From positions 1 through 56,448 of IMG/VR virus record IMGVR_UViG_3300046804_006442: a DNA stretch of 56,448 nt, one strand, 5' to 3'. The DNA is from a virus. Lineage: Duplodnaviria; Caudoviricetes. Positions within the stretch are counted from its first letter, which is position 1; each line of letters begins with the position of its first letter. Positions 34,502 through 43,129 of this stretch are shown here, piece after piece. The position numbers and the translations under genes are program-made. The notes below the pieces were generated by a model. It worked only from the letters and a program-made list of their open reading frames with translations, did no database searches and had not been told where the DNA came from.

Positions 34502-35173
34502 ATGAAACGCCAGATAGAAATACGTGCTGCCGAAGGCGGCGAAGACAGTCGGTTGTTTGTGCAGGACCTTGCCCAGGCCTATATCCGCCTGGCCCAGCGA
34601 GTGGGCTGAACAGCTCGCCCCGTGGACCAACGCCCAGGTGAATCACATATCCTGGTAGAAGGTCAGGATCTGCGGGGACTAGACAACGAACCCGGTGGGC
34701 ATCGCATACAGCGAGTACCACCCACCGAACGCCGGGGCCGTGTGCATACCAGCACAGTCACAGTGGCCGTGATAGACCCGGCCCGACCCCAGGTCACCAT
34801 ACGCGAACAAGATCTCGACATCGAATGGTATTCGGGTACCGGTGCCGGGGGTCAATATCGCAACAAACATCAGAATAGCTGCCGTATCCGGCACAGACCC
34901 ACCGGTATCCAGGCCACTGCCCAGTGCCGCAGCCGGGAGAACAGCCTAGCCGAAGCCAAAACTGCGTTATCTGCGCGGGTGCAGGCCGCTGTACAGGGCC
35001 AGCATGATCAGGACCTGGCCAGAGATCGGCGCCAGCAGGTGGGGTCAGGTCAGCGCGGGGACAAGATACGCACCTATCGTTTCCAGGATGATCGGGTGCA
35101 GGATCATGTTACCGGGCGGCGGGCGCGAGTCACGGATGTGATGCGTGGGCAGATCGATCTCTTATGGCCCTAA
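34502..35173 (+). CDS. class I peptide chain release factor (RF1-like, lacking domain 1) with in-frame TGA at codon 36
   Basis: AGGAGA SD + ATG; IEIRAAEGGEDSRLF..AY..G*..GGHRIQRVPPTERRGRVHTS..GAGGQ..KIRTYRF; TGA 34607-34609 in the same frame. Confidence 0.85.
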
Positions 35174-35200
35174 TCCATGTTGCAGTGCATAAATATCTGC

Positions 35201-35377
35201 ATGGACCGAGAACTCATACTAGAATCGATCTCGCAGGGGCAGGCTCTGGATCTGGCACATATCCAGCGTTGCCTGGATCTAGTTGACCACGAACCCGATG
35301 ATCTCATACGCATCTATGCGCGCCTATGGTTAGAGCATCATAGTCTTGACTTCGCCCGAGCACTGGTATTAAAGTAA
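35201..35377 (+). CDS. hypothetical protein
   Basis: TAAATA upstream, intact ORF. Confidence 0.5.
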   Translation: MDRELILESISQGQALDLAHIQRCLDLVDHEPDDLIRIYARLWLEHHSLDFARALVLK

Positions 35378-35383
35378 CGGCTC

Positions 35384-35460
35384 GCGGGAGTGACGGAATC
35401 GGCATACGTATCGGACTTAAAATCCGAGTTTTGAGGGTTCGAGTCCCTCCTCCCGCACCA
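35384..35460 (+). tRNA. tRNA-Leu(TAA), short variable loop
   Basis: TCGGA-CTTAAAA-TCCGA, ACCA. Confidence 0.9.
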
Positions 35461-35463
35461 ATA

Positions 35464-36054
35464 TTATCCCGTGACTGGATCGGTAAAAACTATGGTATCA
35501 CCGCGCCGCATGATATTGTCGGTGAATTTATTGAAAAAATCCAAATCATAATGATCTAGATAGTCTGCCACCTGGGCCAACTGGGGCCAATGTTGTTTTA
35601 GATATGGTCGGTTGTCTCGATCTAGGACCTCTTGCCAAGCTGGATCCTCATCATGTAATTCTACGTCGGGTCCAAGATATTGACCGTATATAGACAATGA
35701 GTATATGTGTTCCAAGCGTTCCATACGTACTGCGTAAGCATGCTCACCGATGCGACGAACACGACCATATAAACGCGGCACGAACGGATTGTTCTGGTGT
35801 TGCAGCACCCACGACATATAGCGGACATATTCCTGATTATCGGCATCAAAGATTTTAATCACGTAGTTGAATTTGGGGTTGGAATAGACCTGTGCATAAA
35901 GACCAGTACCAGCCCGGGTCCAACCCAGTCGATCCATTTCAGCAGTCAATTTATCGCGCACCGCCCTGTAGGTACCGATCTCATAGGCGCCTTGTGCCTG
36001 GGCCGCTTGGAACGCAGGATGTTTTTTGAAAGGTTGTAGTTCGTAAAGACGCAT
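35464..36054 (-). CDS. protein kinase-like (T7 gp0.7-like catalytic domain)
   Basis: GTGLYAQVY, VIKIF, NPFVPRLY, VRMERL, NIMRRG..VFTDPV. Confidence 0.7.
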   Translation of the reverse strand: MRLYELQPFKKHPAFQAAQAQGAYEIGTYRAVRDKLTAEMDRLGWTRAGTGLYAQVYSNPKFNYVIKIFDADNQEYVRYMSWVLQHQNNPFVPRLYGRVRRIGEHAYAVRMERLEHIYSLSIYGQYLGPDVELHDEDPAWQEVLDRDNRPYLKQHWPQLAQVADYLDHYDLDFFNKFTDNIMRRGDTIVFTDPVTG

Positions 36055-36070
36055 ATCAATATTTAGCCTA

Positions 36071-36147
36071 GCCCCGGTGACGGAACTGGCATACGTACTG
36101 GTTCGAGAGACCAGGTTCTGTGGGTTCGAGTCCCACCCGGGGCACCA
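36071..36147 (+). tRNA. tRNA-Leu(GAG), short variable loop, C33
   Basis: CTGGT-TCGAGAG-ACCAG, ACCA. Confidence 0.88.
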
Positions 36148-36207
36148 TTTTTGTCAACTATTCCGGATCCAGCGCGTTAAATAAGAACACTGTCAGGAGG
36201 TACCATC

Positions 36208-36477
36208 ATGAAACAGATTTTAGTAGCTTTGGCGATACTGATTACCAGCACCGCGGCTCTGGCCCACGGTCCGCGATATCATCCGCATCACCCCAGCCCC
36301 ATGTGGTGGGTGGCCCCGGCAGTGATCGGGGGCGTGGTAACCTATGCCATGACCAGACCCACCGTTCCCGAACAACCGCGCATCATAGAAGTGCCGGCTG
36401 CACCGCCGGGTTTCCACTACGAAAACGTCCTGGATGCCCGTTGCAACTGCTACCGCACTGTTTTGGTCAACAACTAA
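36208..36477 (+). CDS. small exported/membrane protein
   Basis: AGGAGG SD; signal peptide, hydrophobic segment, CNC. Confidence 0.75.
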   Translation: MKQILVALAILITSTAALAHGPRYHPHHPSPMWWVAPAVIGGVVTYAMTRPTVPEQPRIIEVPAAPPGFHYENVLDARCNCYRTVLVNN

Positions 36478-36551
36478 CGAGATTTTGTCAACGCAGGGCT
36501 GACAAAGGCGTTATATAGTATGCGCCCTGCGCAATAACCAAGGAGAATCAA

Positions 36552-36773
36552 ATGAAATACGTTCTATTTGCTGTGCTGTCTGTGTTTGGTTTCACCGCTG
36601 TAGCTGCTGAGCCTGCCAAGGCTCCCGAAGTCCGAGTCGAAGCCAAAAAGGAAGCTCCTGCCAAGGCCGAAGCCAAAAAAGAAGCTACCAAAAGCGACGC
36701 CAAGGCCGATAAAAAGGATAGCGCCAAACCTGTTGCTAAGAAAGACGACGTCAAAGCCGACGCCAAGAAGTAA
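36552..36773 (+). CDS. Lys/Ala-rich exported protein
   Basis: AGGAGA SD; signal peptide then AKKE repeats. Confidence 0.8.
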   Translation: MKYVLFAVLSVFGFTAVAAEPAKAPEVRVEAKKEAPAKAEAKKEATKSDAKADKKDSAKPVAKKDDVKADAKK

Positions 36774-36943
36774 TGGCTATTGGCTCTACTGGTGTGAGAC
36801 ATCGGATTATGAATTTGATACCCACCCCGGACGAGCCAGATTTCAAGTCGAGGATGCATCAACCACCGAAGATGATGAACTCAGCGACGAAATCATAGTC
36901 AGACTGTGGCTGGCGCGGCTACGTGCGCTGGCCCTATTGGACC

Positions 36944-36973
36944 GAACCCAGACCTAGTGTCTGGGTTCTTTTT
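36944..36973 (+). terminator. intrinsic terminator
   Basis: GAACCCAGAC/GTCTGGGTTC + T-run. Confidence 0.8.
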
Positions 36974-37045
36974 GGTTAGACTATTATTGACCGATACCAA
37001 AATCAGCTATATAATAGCGACTTGATCATAAACACCGGAGACACA

Positions 37046-37222
37046 ATGAACGCCGACAAGAACTTCCGCATGAAACAGACCACCAAGCGCGTGGCTGCTA
37101 ACATTCTAGATGCCCATGAGCGTGGCGAATTCCTGCGCATGATGACGCAGGCCCAACTGATCGCTAGTCGCGTTCCCGCACGCCGAGACCGCAGCGAGCG
37201 CCGTGAGGCCGACAATGTCTAA
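37046..37222 (+). CDS. hypothetical protein
   Basis: GGAG SD after TTGACC..TATAAT promoter. Confidence 0.7.
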   Translation: MNADKNFRMKQTTKRVAANILDAHERGEFLRMMTQAQLIASRVPARRDRSERREADNV

Positions 37223-37439
37223 GCATACCACCAGCGATCTGGCAGCAGCGGCCGTGGGTGGTCGTTATGACCTCGTGCTGATCGCTGCCAACCGTGTGCG
37301 CGAGATGCGCCTCCGACAGGCCCAACCCTTGGTGGAAAAACAGGGCAGCGATATCTCTACTGCTCTCCTGGAGATCGAACAAGGGCACGTGGGGCGCGAT
37401 TATCTCCAACGCGACGTCGACGACCGATCTCGCAAGTAA
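37215..37439 (+). CDS. rpoZ: RNA polymerase omega subunit-like protein
   Basis: VGGRYDLVLIAANRVRE..PLV..TALLEIEQG matches the omega signature. Confidence 0.82.
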   Translation: MSKHTTSDLAAAAVGGRYDLVLIAANRVREMRLRQAQPLVEKQGSDISTALLEIEQGHVGRDYLQRDVDDRSRK

Positions 37440-37441
37440 TT

Positions 37442-37570
37442 GGATCAGGGCCGACAGCGATACCGGGCTACGAACCTAGAGTCCCTCGCTGCCTGATCCT
37501 CCCAACCAAATCAGGGCTCACGGTGATACTTGCCCCAGACGCATGAGTCCCTCACCGCCTGATCCTCCAA
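37442..37570. repeat. two tandem covarying hairpin units
   Basis: ATCAGGGC..GATAC..GAGTCCCTC..GCCTGATCCTCC twice (37442, 37510). Confidence 0.7.
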
Positions 37571-37610
37571 AACTACCCAGATTTTGACATCTGTGATATA
37601 TACGGGTATT

Positions 37611-38045
37611 ATGATACGTATAATCACCGATGCCGCCGATCCCTGGCTGGATTTCGTCCGCGACGATCCGGTGCGACCCGAGATTCCCCGTGAGTTCCGG
37701 GTAGCCCCCAATCGTTTCGTGGCGGCGCTGGGTGATGATCAGATAGAGGCCATGGTCTGCGTGAGCCTGCAACACGAGGTTCCCGCTGAAGTGGCTCAGC
37801 TGGGTGACGCCGAACCGGAACCCACCTGTGCTGTGTTCTATACCATCTGGAGTTATGCCGCCGGTGCCGGATCTCGCCTGTTGTTTGATACCGTGGCCGA
37901 GATCCAGCAGCGTTGGCCCACAGTGACACGCTATGTGACCCTGAGCCCCCAGACCGCGACCGCGCATAGATTCCATACCCGCAACGGGGCGCAAGTGTAT
38001 CGCATCAACCCCGATACTGTCAACTACGAATATAATCCCGGGTAA
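37611..38045 (+). CDS. conserved phage protein, possible GNAT-like fold
   Basis: DDPVRP, AVFYTIWSY..GAG, VTLSP.T..A.RFH.RNGA. Confidence 0.7.
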   Translation: MIRIITDAADPWLDFVRDDPVRPEIPREFRVAPNRFVAALGDDQIEAMVCVSLQHEVPAEVAQLGDAEPEPTCAVFYTIWSYAAGAGSRLLFDTVAEIQQRWPTVTRYVTLSPQTATAHRFHTRNGAQVYRINPDTVNYEYNPG

Positions 38046-38120
38046 ATCTGTTTGGGATCAAACGGTTAGCGCACCTAGATTCGGGTTGACTCGAATCTAG
38101 GTACCGTGTATTATTTGGCT

Positions 38121-38645
38121 ATGGACGTCGAATCACATCTCCGGGAACGCGGGCTTGATCCCCGGCTCTATACAGTGAGCTGGGACGATGAGACCGCTTG
38201 TTTCGCGCTGTGGAACCTGTCGGGCCAGTGGGTTGGCTACCAGCAGTATCGTCCGTTCGCGCCCAAGACCACGCGCAATGATCCGCGTGAGGGTCGTTAC
38301 TTTACCTGGGCCCGGGATCGCTTGGCCGTATGGGGTCTCGAAACCTGGCACTTCCGGCGCGACGTTCTGTTCCTGACCGAAGGCGTGTTTGATGCCTGCA
38401 AGTTACATAACCTGGGCCTGCCCGCTGTGGCTGTGCTGGCCAATGATCCCAAGCGATTGCGCCCCTGGTTGGGGTCGCTGGCACGGCGCACTGTAGCGGT
38501 CTGTGACGCGGATGCCGCGGGTGCCAAATTGGGCCGCTTGTGTGATCGCGCCCTGACCGTGCAGGGCGGCAAAGATCTAGGCGATATGACCCAGCTGCAA
38601 GTGCTTGATTTTGTTAGAGAAAATATGCCCGGGCTTTTTGGTTGA
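38121..38645 (+). CDS. Toprim-domain (primase-like) protein
   Basis: LFLTEGVFDA, VAVCDADAAG, KDLGD. Confidence 0.8.
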   Translation: MDVESHLRERGLDPRLYTVSWDDETACFALWNLSGQWVGYQQYRPFAPKTTRNDPREGRYFTWARDRLAVWGLETWHFRRDVLFLTEGVFDACKLHNLGLPAVAVLANDPKRLRPWLGSLARRTVAVCDADAAGAKLGRLCDRALTVQGGKDLGDMTQLQVLDFVRENMPGLFG

Positions 38646-38690
38646 CCAGAATCACCGGATCGCCTACAATAGCGGTATAGTCAATAACAA
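38641..38690 (+). promoter_or_regulatory. repeated early-type promoter
   Basis: GGTTGACCAGAA..TACAATAGCGGTATAGTCAATAA; near copy at 41298. Confidence 0.75.
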
Positions 38691-38700
38691 GGAGCCAGCG

Positions 38701-38888
38701 ATGACCACCATGACGTATATGCTGATTTTGATGTTGGGTGCGCAGTCTACAATACCGCAGCGGTCACGGCTGTGACTGTGCCCATGCTGAACGAAGCGGC
38801 ATGTTTGGCAGCGTATGAAAAAGCCAAGGCGCATTGGGGTGATCGTCTCAAAGGTGCGCAATGCCTTTCAACCGGTGCTCAAAAATGA
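38701..38888 (+). pseudogene. possibly frameshifted small exported protein
   Basis: Strong SD + hydrophobic start stops after 24 codons; the -1 frame continues to a TGA overlapping the next ATG. Confidence 0.4.
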
Positions 38889-39052
38889 GCAAGACGCGAA
38901 TAAAAGTCCTCAACACGTCTTACACGTGGGGGTCTACGAAGCAACGTGAATTTCGGGTATGTGAGCTGAAGCCCTTTGCGGGCTGGACGACTCGTGGTGT
39001 GTTTTTTAATCAAGCTGATGCGCGAGTGTTCGCAAAGGCCCTGAAAGGATAA
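38885..39052 (+). CDS. hypothetical protein
   Basis: Operon-coupled. Confidence 0.55.
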   Translation: MSKTRIKVLNTSYTWGSTKQREFRVCELKPFAGWTTRGVFFNQADARVFAKALKG

Positions 39053-39053
39053 C

Positions 39054-39176
39054 ATGGACAAGATTGATATTCTGATGTTGTGTGTTTGGTTTCATGGTAT
39101 TGCGGCGGGATTCTTTTTTGGCTGGTTCCTTGCCAAAGGTTACTTTCTCAAACGTGTGCAGGTGGTGGAGAAATGA
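39054..39176 (+). CDS. small membrane protein (40 aa)
   Basis: AAGGA SD; hand-translated MDKIDILMLCVWFHGIAAGFFFGWFLAKG..; ATGA-coupled. Confidence 0.5.
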   Translation: MDKIDILMLCVWFHGIAAGFFFGWFLAKGYFLKRVQVVEK

Positions 39177-39349
39177 TCAAAATCACTCTTGAAATCGCCG
39201 CCCAAGATATTCCCACCCAGGATCTGCGGGCATTGTTGGCAGCGGCCCTGATGCGTGGCGCTGGTGAAACCAACAGTTATATGGCCGAAGATGCGGTTAT
39301 TGCAGCGGCACGTGCCATGCGTGATGCTGAGATTACGGAGACTGTATAA
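39173..39349 (+). CDS. hypothetical protein
   Basis: GGAG SD. Confidence 0.6.
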   Translation: MIKITLEIAAQDIPTQDLRALLAAALMRGAGETNSYMAEDAVIAAARAMRDAEITETV

Positions 39350-39529
39350 TGATTAGAAAGATGAACCTGTTCTACGTGGTGGGTCGGTCCGGTAGAGACG
39401 ACGTGGATCTGCCCTACATCGACGGCCCGTTCAGAACCTGGGACGATGCCCGCGAGGCCAAGAATCGTATGCAGGACAGTCATCTCTTGGGCATTGCTCA
39501 ACAGGTTGTTCACGTGGAGGTCGACTGAC

Positions 39530-39676
39530 ATGAAACTAAGTGACTTCAATCTGTTTATTTCCGGCTTTGCTGTGGGTGTGGCCCTGGGTGCCGTCAAGCT
39601 GGGGTTGGTGTGGCCGGCGGTGTTGATGACCGCGCTGGCGGTATTGAACTTTTGGATGTATTGGAGATGCCGATGA
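39530..39676 (+). CDS. small membrane protein
   Basis: GGAGG SD; two hydrophobic segments. Confidence 0.6.
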   Translation: MKLSDFNLFISGFAVGVALGAVKLGLVWPAVLMTALAVLNFWMYWRCR

Positions 39677-40047
39677 AGATCAAGATTTTGAGTTATGTGG
39701 GCGACTACGACAGCAACGATGACTATATCCACATCCTCCGCGGTGTAACCGACTGGGAAGAAGTGGATGCGGATACTTACCACAAGCTGGCAGGTTGGTG
39801 CGCCATGAAGAATCGCGCCACCAGCATGGCCGATGTGCGTTATACCATATTCCGCCAAGACCAAATCAACGTCATGAGCTGCGTCCAGGAATACTTGGAT
39901 CACATGGCCGCCGAGGAAAAGAAGCGAGCTGCGGCTGCCAAGAAGCGTCTTGAAAATAAGCGTCTGAAGCTGGCCAAGAAGCAAAAGCTGGCCGAAGATC
40001 AGGAACGCAAGCTGCTTCAAGATCTCAAGCAAAAATACGGAGAATAA
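39673..40047 (+). CDS. hypothetical protein with basic coiled-coil tail
   Basis: ATGA-coupled. Confidence 0.7.
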   Translation: MKIKILSYVGDYDSNDDYIHILRGVTDWEEVDADTYHKLAGWCAMKNRATSMADVRYTIFRQDQINVMSCVQEYLDHMAAEEKKRAAAAKKRLENKRLKLAKKQKLAEDQERKLLQDLKQKYGE

Positions 40048-40048
40048 C

Positions 40049-40363
40049 ATGACTAACGAATACACTGAACAAGACCGCGCCTGCGTCAACTGCCGTCATT
40101 TCCGACGCCGCTGGAATCCCATCGCCTTGATCGATACTGTCATCAGCGATGGCACCATGCATTACCGTTGCCAATTAAATGGCGTCTCGGAATCTATAAA
40201 TCCCATTACTGGGCGCAAGACCATAACCATCAGGGATCAATCTTGTAAGGACATGCGCAGCAGTCGTCATTATTGTGGACGCGAAGGTGATCATTGGCAT
40301 CCCAGCGAACAGTTTATGCGACGCAAAGAGAACCTGCTCAAGGTCATAAAAAATGCCCGATAA
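40049..40363 (+). CDS. Cys-rich hypothetical protein
   Basis: CVNCRHF..C..C..CGREG..W. Confidence 0.7.
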   Translation: MTNEYTEQDRACVNCRHFRRRWNPIALIDTVISDGTMHYRCQLNGVSESINPITGRKTITIRDQSCKDMRSSRHYCGREGDHWHPSEQFMRRKENLLKVIKNAR

Positions 40364-41072
40364 CAAACCCATCGCAGTATTCCGGCTAGATCCCAGCGAT
40401 GGTCCGGGCTATCTTGGCACGTTCTTGACTGCCAAGAATCTGCCCTGGCAGCTGATCTGCGTGGACCAAGGCGATGCCATCCCCCGAGATGTGACCCGCT
40501 TTGCCGGTCTGGTATTCATGGGCGGTGCCATGAGCGTCAACGATGATCTGCCCTGGATCGAGCCGGTATTGGATCGGATCCAGGCAGCAGTGGCCACCGA
40601 CGTCCCGGTCATGGGACATTGCCTGGGCGGTCAGCTGCTATCGCGGGCCTTGGGCGGTGCTGTCACCGCCAATCCAGTCCAGGAGATCGGTTGGCACAAG
40701 ATCCGGATCGCCGACAACGATGCCGCACGCCATTGGTTCGGGCACGTGGGTGACGGGTTCTTGTCGTTCCACTGGCACAACGAGACCTTCAGCATACCCG
40801 CAGGTGCCACAGCCATAATGTCGAGCGCACATTGCGCTAATCAAGGCTTTGCCCTGGGACCGCATCTTGGCATGCAGTGCCATATCGAGATGCAGCCGTT
40901 TATGGTGCTGGAATGGTGTGAATCTGAAGCCAGCTCGCTCTTATGCGAAGCACAGGGTGCGAACATCCAGACTCCTGACCAGATGCGAGACCAGTTGGTG
41001 GATAGGATCACCCAATTGCATCTGGTGGCCGATGGTGTCTATGAGCAATGGATCAAAGGACTCAGGTGCTGA
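40353..41072 (+). CDS. class I glutamine amidotransferase
   Basis: MGGAMS, GHCLGGQ, EIGW, HWH.E, QCHIE. Confidence 0.9.
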   Translation: MPDNKPIAVFRLDPSDGPGYLGTFLTAKNLPWQLICVDQGDAIPRDVTRFAGLVFMGGAMSVNDDLPWIEPVLDRIQAAVATDVPVMGHCLGGQLLSRALGGAVTANPVQEIGWHKIRIADNDAARHWFGHVGDGFLSFHWHNETFSIPAGATAIMSSAHCANQGFALGPHLGMQCHIEMQPFMVLEWCESEASSLLCEAQGANIQTPDQMRDQLVDRITQLHLVADGVYEQWIKGLRC

Positions 41073-41073
41073 C

Positions 41074-41283
41074 ATGTCGGATCCGTTGGTGGATATGGTG
41101 CATGAATACGAAGCGCAGCAACGTTGGCAGCGAGGTCTGCGTCCTAGCTTTAGTCAGGGTATCTGCGGGTCAATTACCGCAGGCTATGGCGAGTTAGATC
41201 CCAGTGGCTATTGGCAATTTCCCTTGTATCCTGGTGAACTATACTTGGAAAAGTACGAAAAACGTTATAAATCAAGCACTTAG
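41074..41283 (+). CDS. hypothetical protein
   Basis: TAGYGELD..GYWQFPL. Confidence 0.6.
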   Translation: MSDPLVDMVHEYEAQQRWQRGLRPSFSQGICGSITAGYGELDPSGYWQFPLYPGELYLEKYEKRYKSST

Positions 41284-41297
41284 CGCATCTATATTTC

Positions 41298-41346
41298 GGT
41301 TGACCAGAATCCCCGGTTCACCTATAATAGTGGTATAGTGAATAAG
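41298..41346 (+). promoter_or_regulatory. repeated early-type promoter
   Basis: GGTTGACCAGAA..TATAATAGTGGTATAGTGAATAA. Confidence 0.75.
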
Positions 41347-41501
41347 GGGCGTGAGATGAAAACATTCTGCATTGTTGCCTCAGTTGGTGGTATGTTGACG
41401 GGTTGTGCCTTGGGTGCATGGGATGTTTTCGTGGTATTTGGTCTGTTCTATGTTGGTTTCCTGCATATGATAGCCAAAGGTTACTAATACAAGGAATAAC
41501 C

Positions 41502-41666
41502 ATGACAGTCCGAGAACTCATGGCTTTGCTGGCGACGATGCCGCAGGATGTGGAAGTCGAAGTCAATGACCAGCGCGGTGGCGAAGTCTATGCCGTGGAA
41601 CATTGTTTCCTGGCACCCGCTGACCGATATGATCCCGAAGCTGTGATCATTGCAGTGAACAGATAA
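41502..41666 (+). CDS. hypothetical protein
   Basis: AAGGA SD; MTVRELM..L..MPQD.EV. Confidence 0.65.
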   Translation: MTVRELMALLATMPQDVEVEVNDQRGGEVYAVEHCFLAPADRYDPEAVIIAVNR

Positions 41667-41685
41667 TTAAAATCAAGGAATAGAG

Positions 41686-42897
41686 ATGACTATCAAACAA
41701 ATAATCGGCAACGGCGTTACCGCCGACGGCAGATACGAACTGCGAGTGCCGGTAAAGATCTGGACCAATGACATCGAGCCCACGGCTCTTGAACAGGCTC
41801 GTAAGCTGGCTCAGCTGCCCTTTATCCACAAGAACGGCGTGGCGCTTATGCCCGACGTGCATGCTGGTATTGGCTCTACTGTGGGCTCAGTGATCGCGAC
41901 TGAACATGCTGTGATCCCGGCGGCTGTGGGTGTGGATATTGGCTGCGGTATGAACGCGATCCGCACCAGCCTGCGCGCCGAGGACTTGCCCGACAGCCTG
42001 CGCACTGTGCGTCTGCAGATTGAGCGCGACGTGCCCCTGGGCGCGGGTGGTGCTCACAAAGAAGACTTGGCGGTGTTTCCGCAGCCCTTGGGTACCCGGG
42101 CTCGCCAACTGTTCGCAAAGCATCCCAACTTGGAAACCCGGCAATGGCATCGCCAGCTGGGCACGTTAGGTTCGGGCAACCACTTTATCGAGCTGTGCCT
42201 GGACGAAGCGGGCGCGGTGTGGATCATGCTGCACTCGGGTAGCCGTGGTGTTGGTAACACGATCGGCCGTCACTTTATCGATCAAGCCAAGCGCCTGATG
42301 GAACGGTTTTTCATTACGCTGCCGGATCGCGACTTGGCTTATTTGCCGGATGGCACCCAGGAATTTGCTGACTACATCGAAGCGATTGGTTGGGCGCAGG
42401 ATTATGCTCGCGAAAACCGTGCTATCATGATGACTGCGGTGATCGCGTCGCTGCGCCGGCATATCCCGGTAGAGTTTGAGCTGACGTCTGAAGCGGTCAA
42501 TGCACATCATAACTACCTGGAGATCGAGAACCACTTTGGCACCAACATGTATATCACTCGCAAGGGTGCTATCCGTGCGCGTCGAGGTGATCTTGGTATT
42601 ATCCCGGGCAGCATGGGCGCGAAGAGCTACATCGTGCAGGGCCTGGGCGATCCGGAATCCTACTGCTCGTGTAGCCATGGTGCGGGTCGTAAGATGTCGC
42701 GCACTGAAGCGAACCGGCGGTTTACTGTAGAGGACTTGAAGGCGCAGACTGCGGGTGTGGAATGCAACAAGACGTCCGCGGTTATCGACGAGATTCCCAG
42801 TGCATACAAGGACATCGATGTGGTCATGGAGAACCAGCGGGACTTGGTTCGTGTGGTGCATACCCTGAAGCAGGTTATGTGCGTCAAAGGTGCGTAA
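41686..42897 (+). CDS. rtcB: RtcB RNA ligase
   Basis: MPDVHAG, VGVDIGCG, LGSGNHFIE, HSGSRG, HHNY, RKGA, PGSMG, SHGAGR, DEIPSAYK. Confidence 0.96.
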   Translation: MTIKQIIGNGVTADGRYELRVPVKIWTNDIEPTALEQARKLAQLPFIHKNGVALMPDVHAGIGSTVGSVIATEHAVIPAAVGVDIGCGMNAIRTSLRAEDLPDSLRTVRLQIERDVPLGAGGAHKEDLAVFPQPLGTRARQLFAKHPNLETRQWHRQLGTLGSGNHFIELCLDEAGAVWIMLHSGSRGVGNTIGRHFIDQAKRLMERFFITLPDRDLAYLPDGTQEFADYIEAIGWAQDYARENRAIMMTAVIASLRRHIPVEFELTSEAVNAHHNYLEIENHFGTNMYITRKGAIRARRGDLGIIPGSMGAKSYIVQGLGDPESYCSCSHGAGRKMSRTEANRRFTVEDLKAQTAGVECNKTSAVIDEIPSAYKDIDVVMENQRDLVRVVHTLKQVMCVKGA

Positions 42898-43109
42898 TGG
42901 TCAAGGTCAAGCTAGACACTGAACTGACCGGCTGGGTCGACACCGATGCTGCCGAAACTGTGGTATGTCCGCAATGCGGTGCTGGTTTTGGAGAATCATG
43001 CAGGACCATGACCAGCACCCCCAAGGACGAAGTCCATCCGCGGCGCCGGGACGTATTCGCGAAACACGTGGCACCAGCTGGTTATCATCCTCGAATCATC
43101 GAATTCTAA
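42897..43109 (+). CDS. small Zn-finger protein
   Basis: CPQCGA..C..H..R; TAATG-coupled. Confidence 0.65.
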   Translation: MVKVKLDTELTGWVDTDAAETVVCPQCGAGFGESCRTMTSTPKDEVHPRRRDVFAKHVAPAGYHPRIIEF

Positions 43110-43129
43110 CATTTCACAAGGAGTAAATC

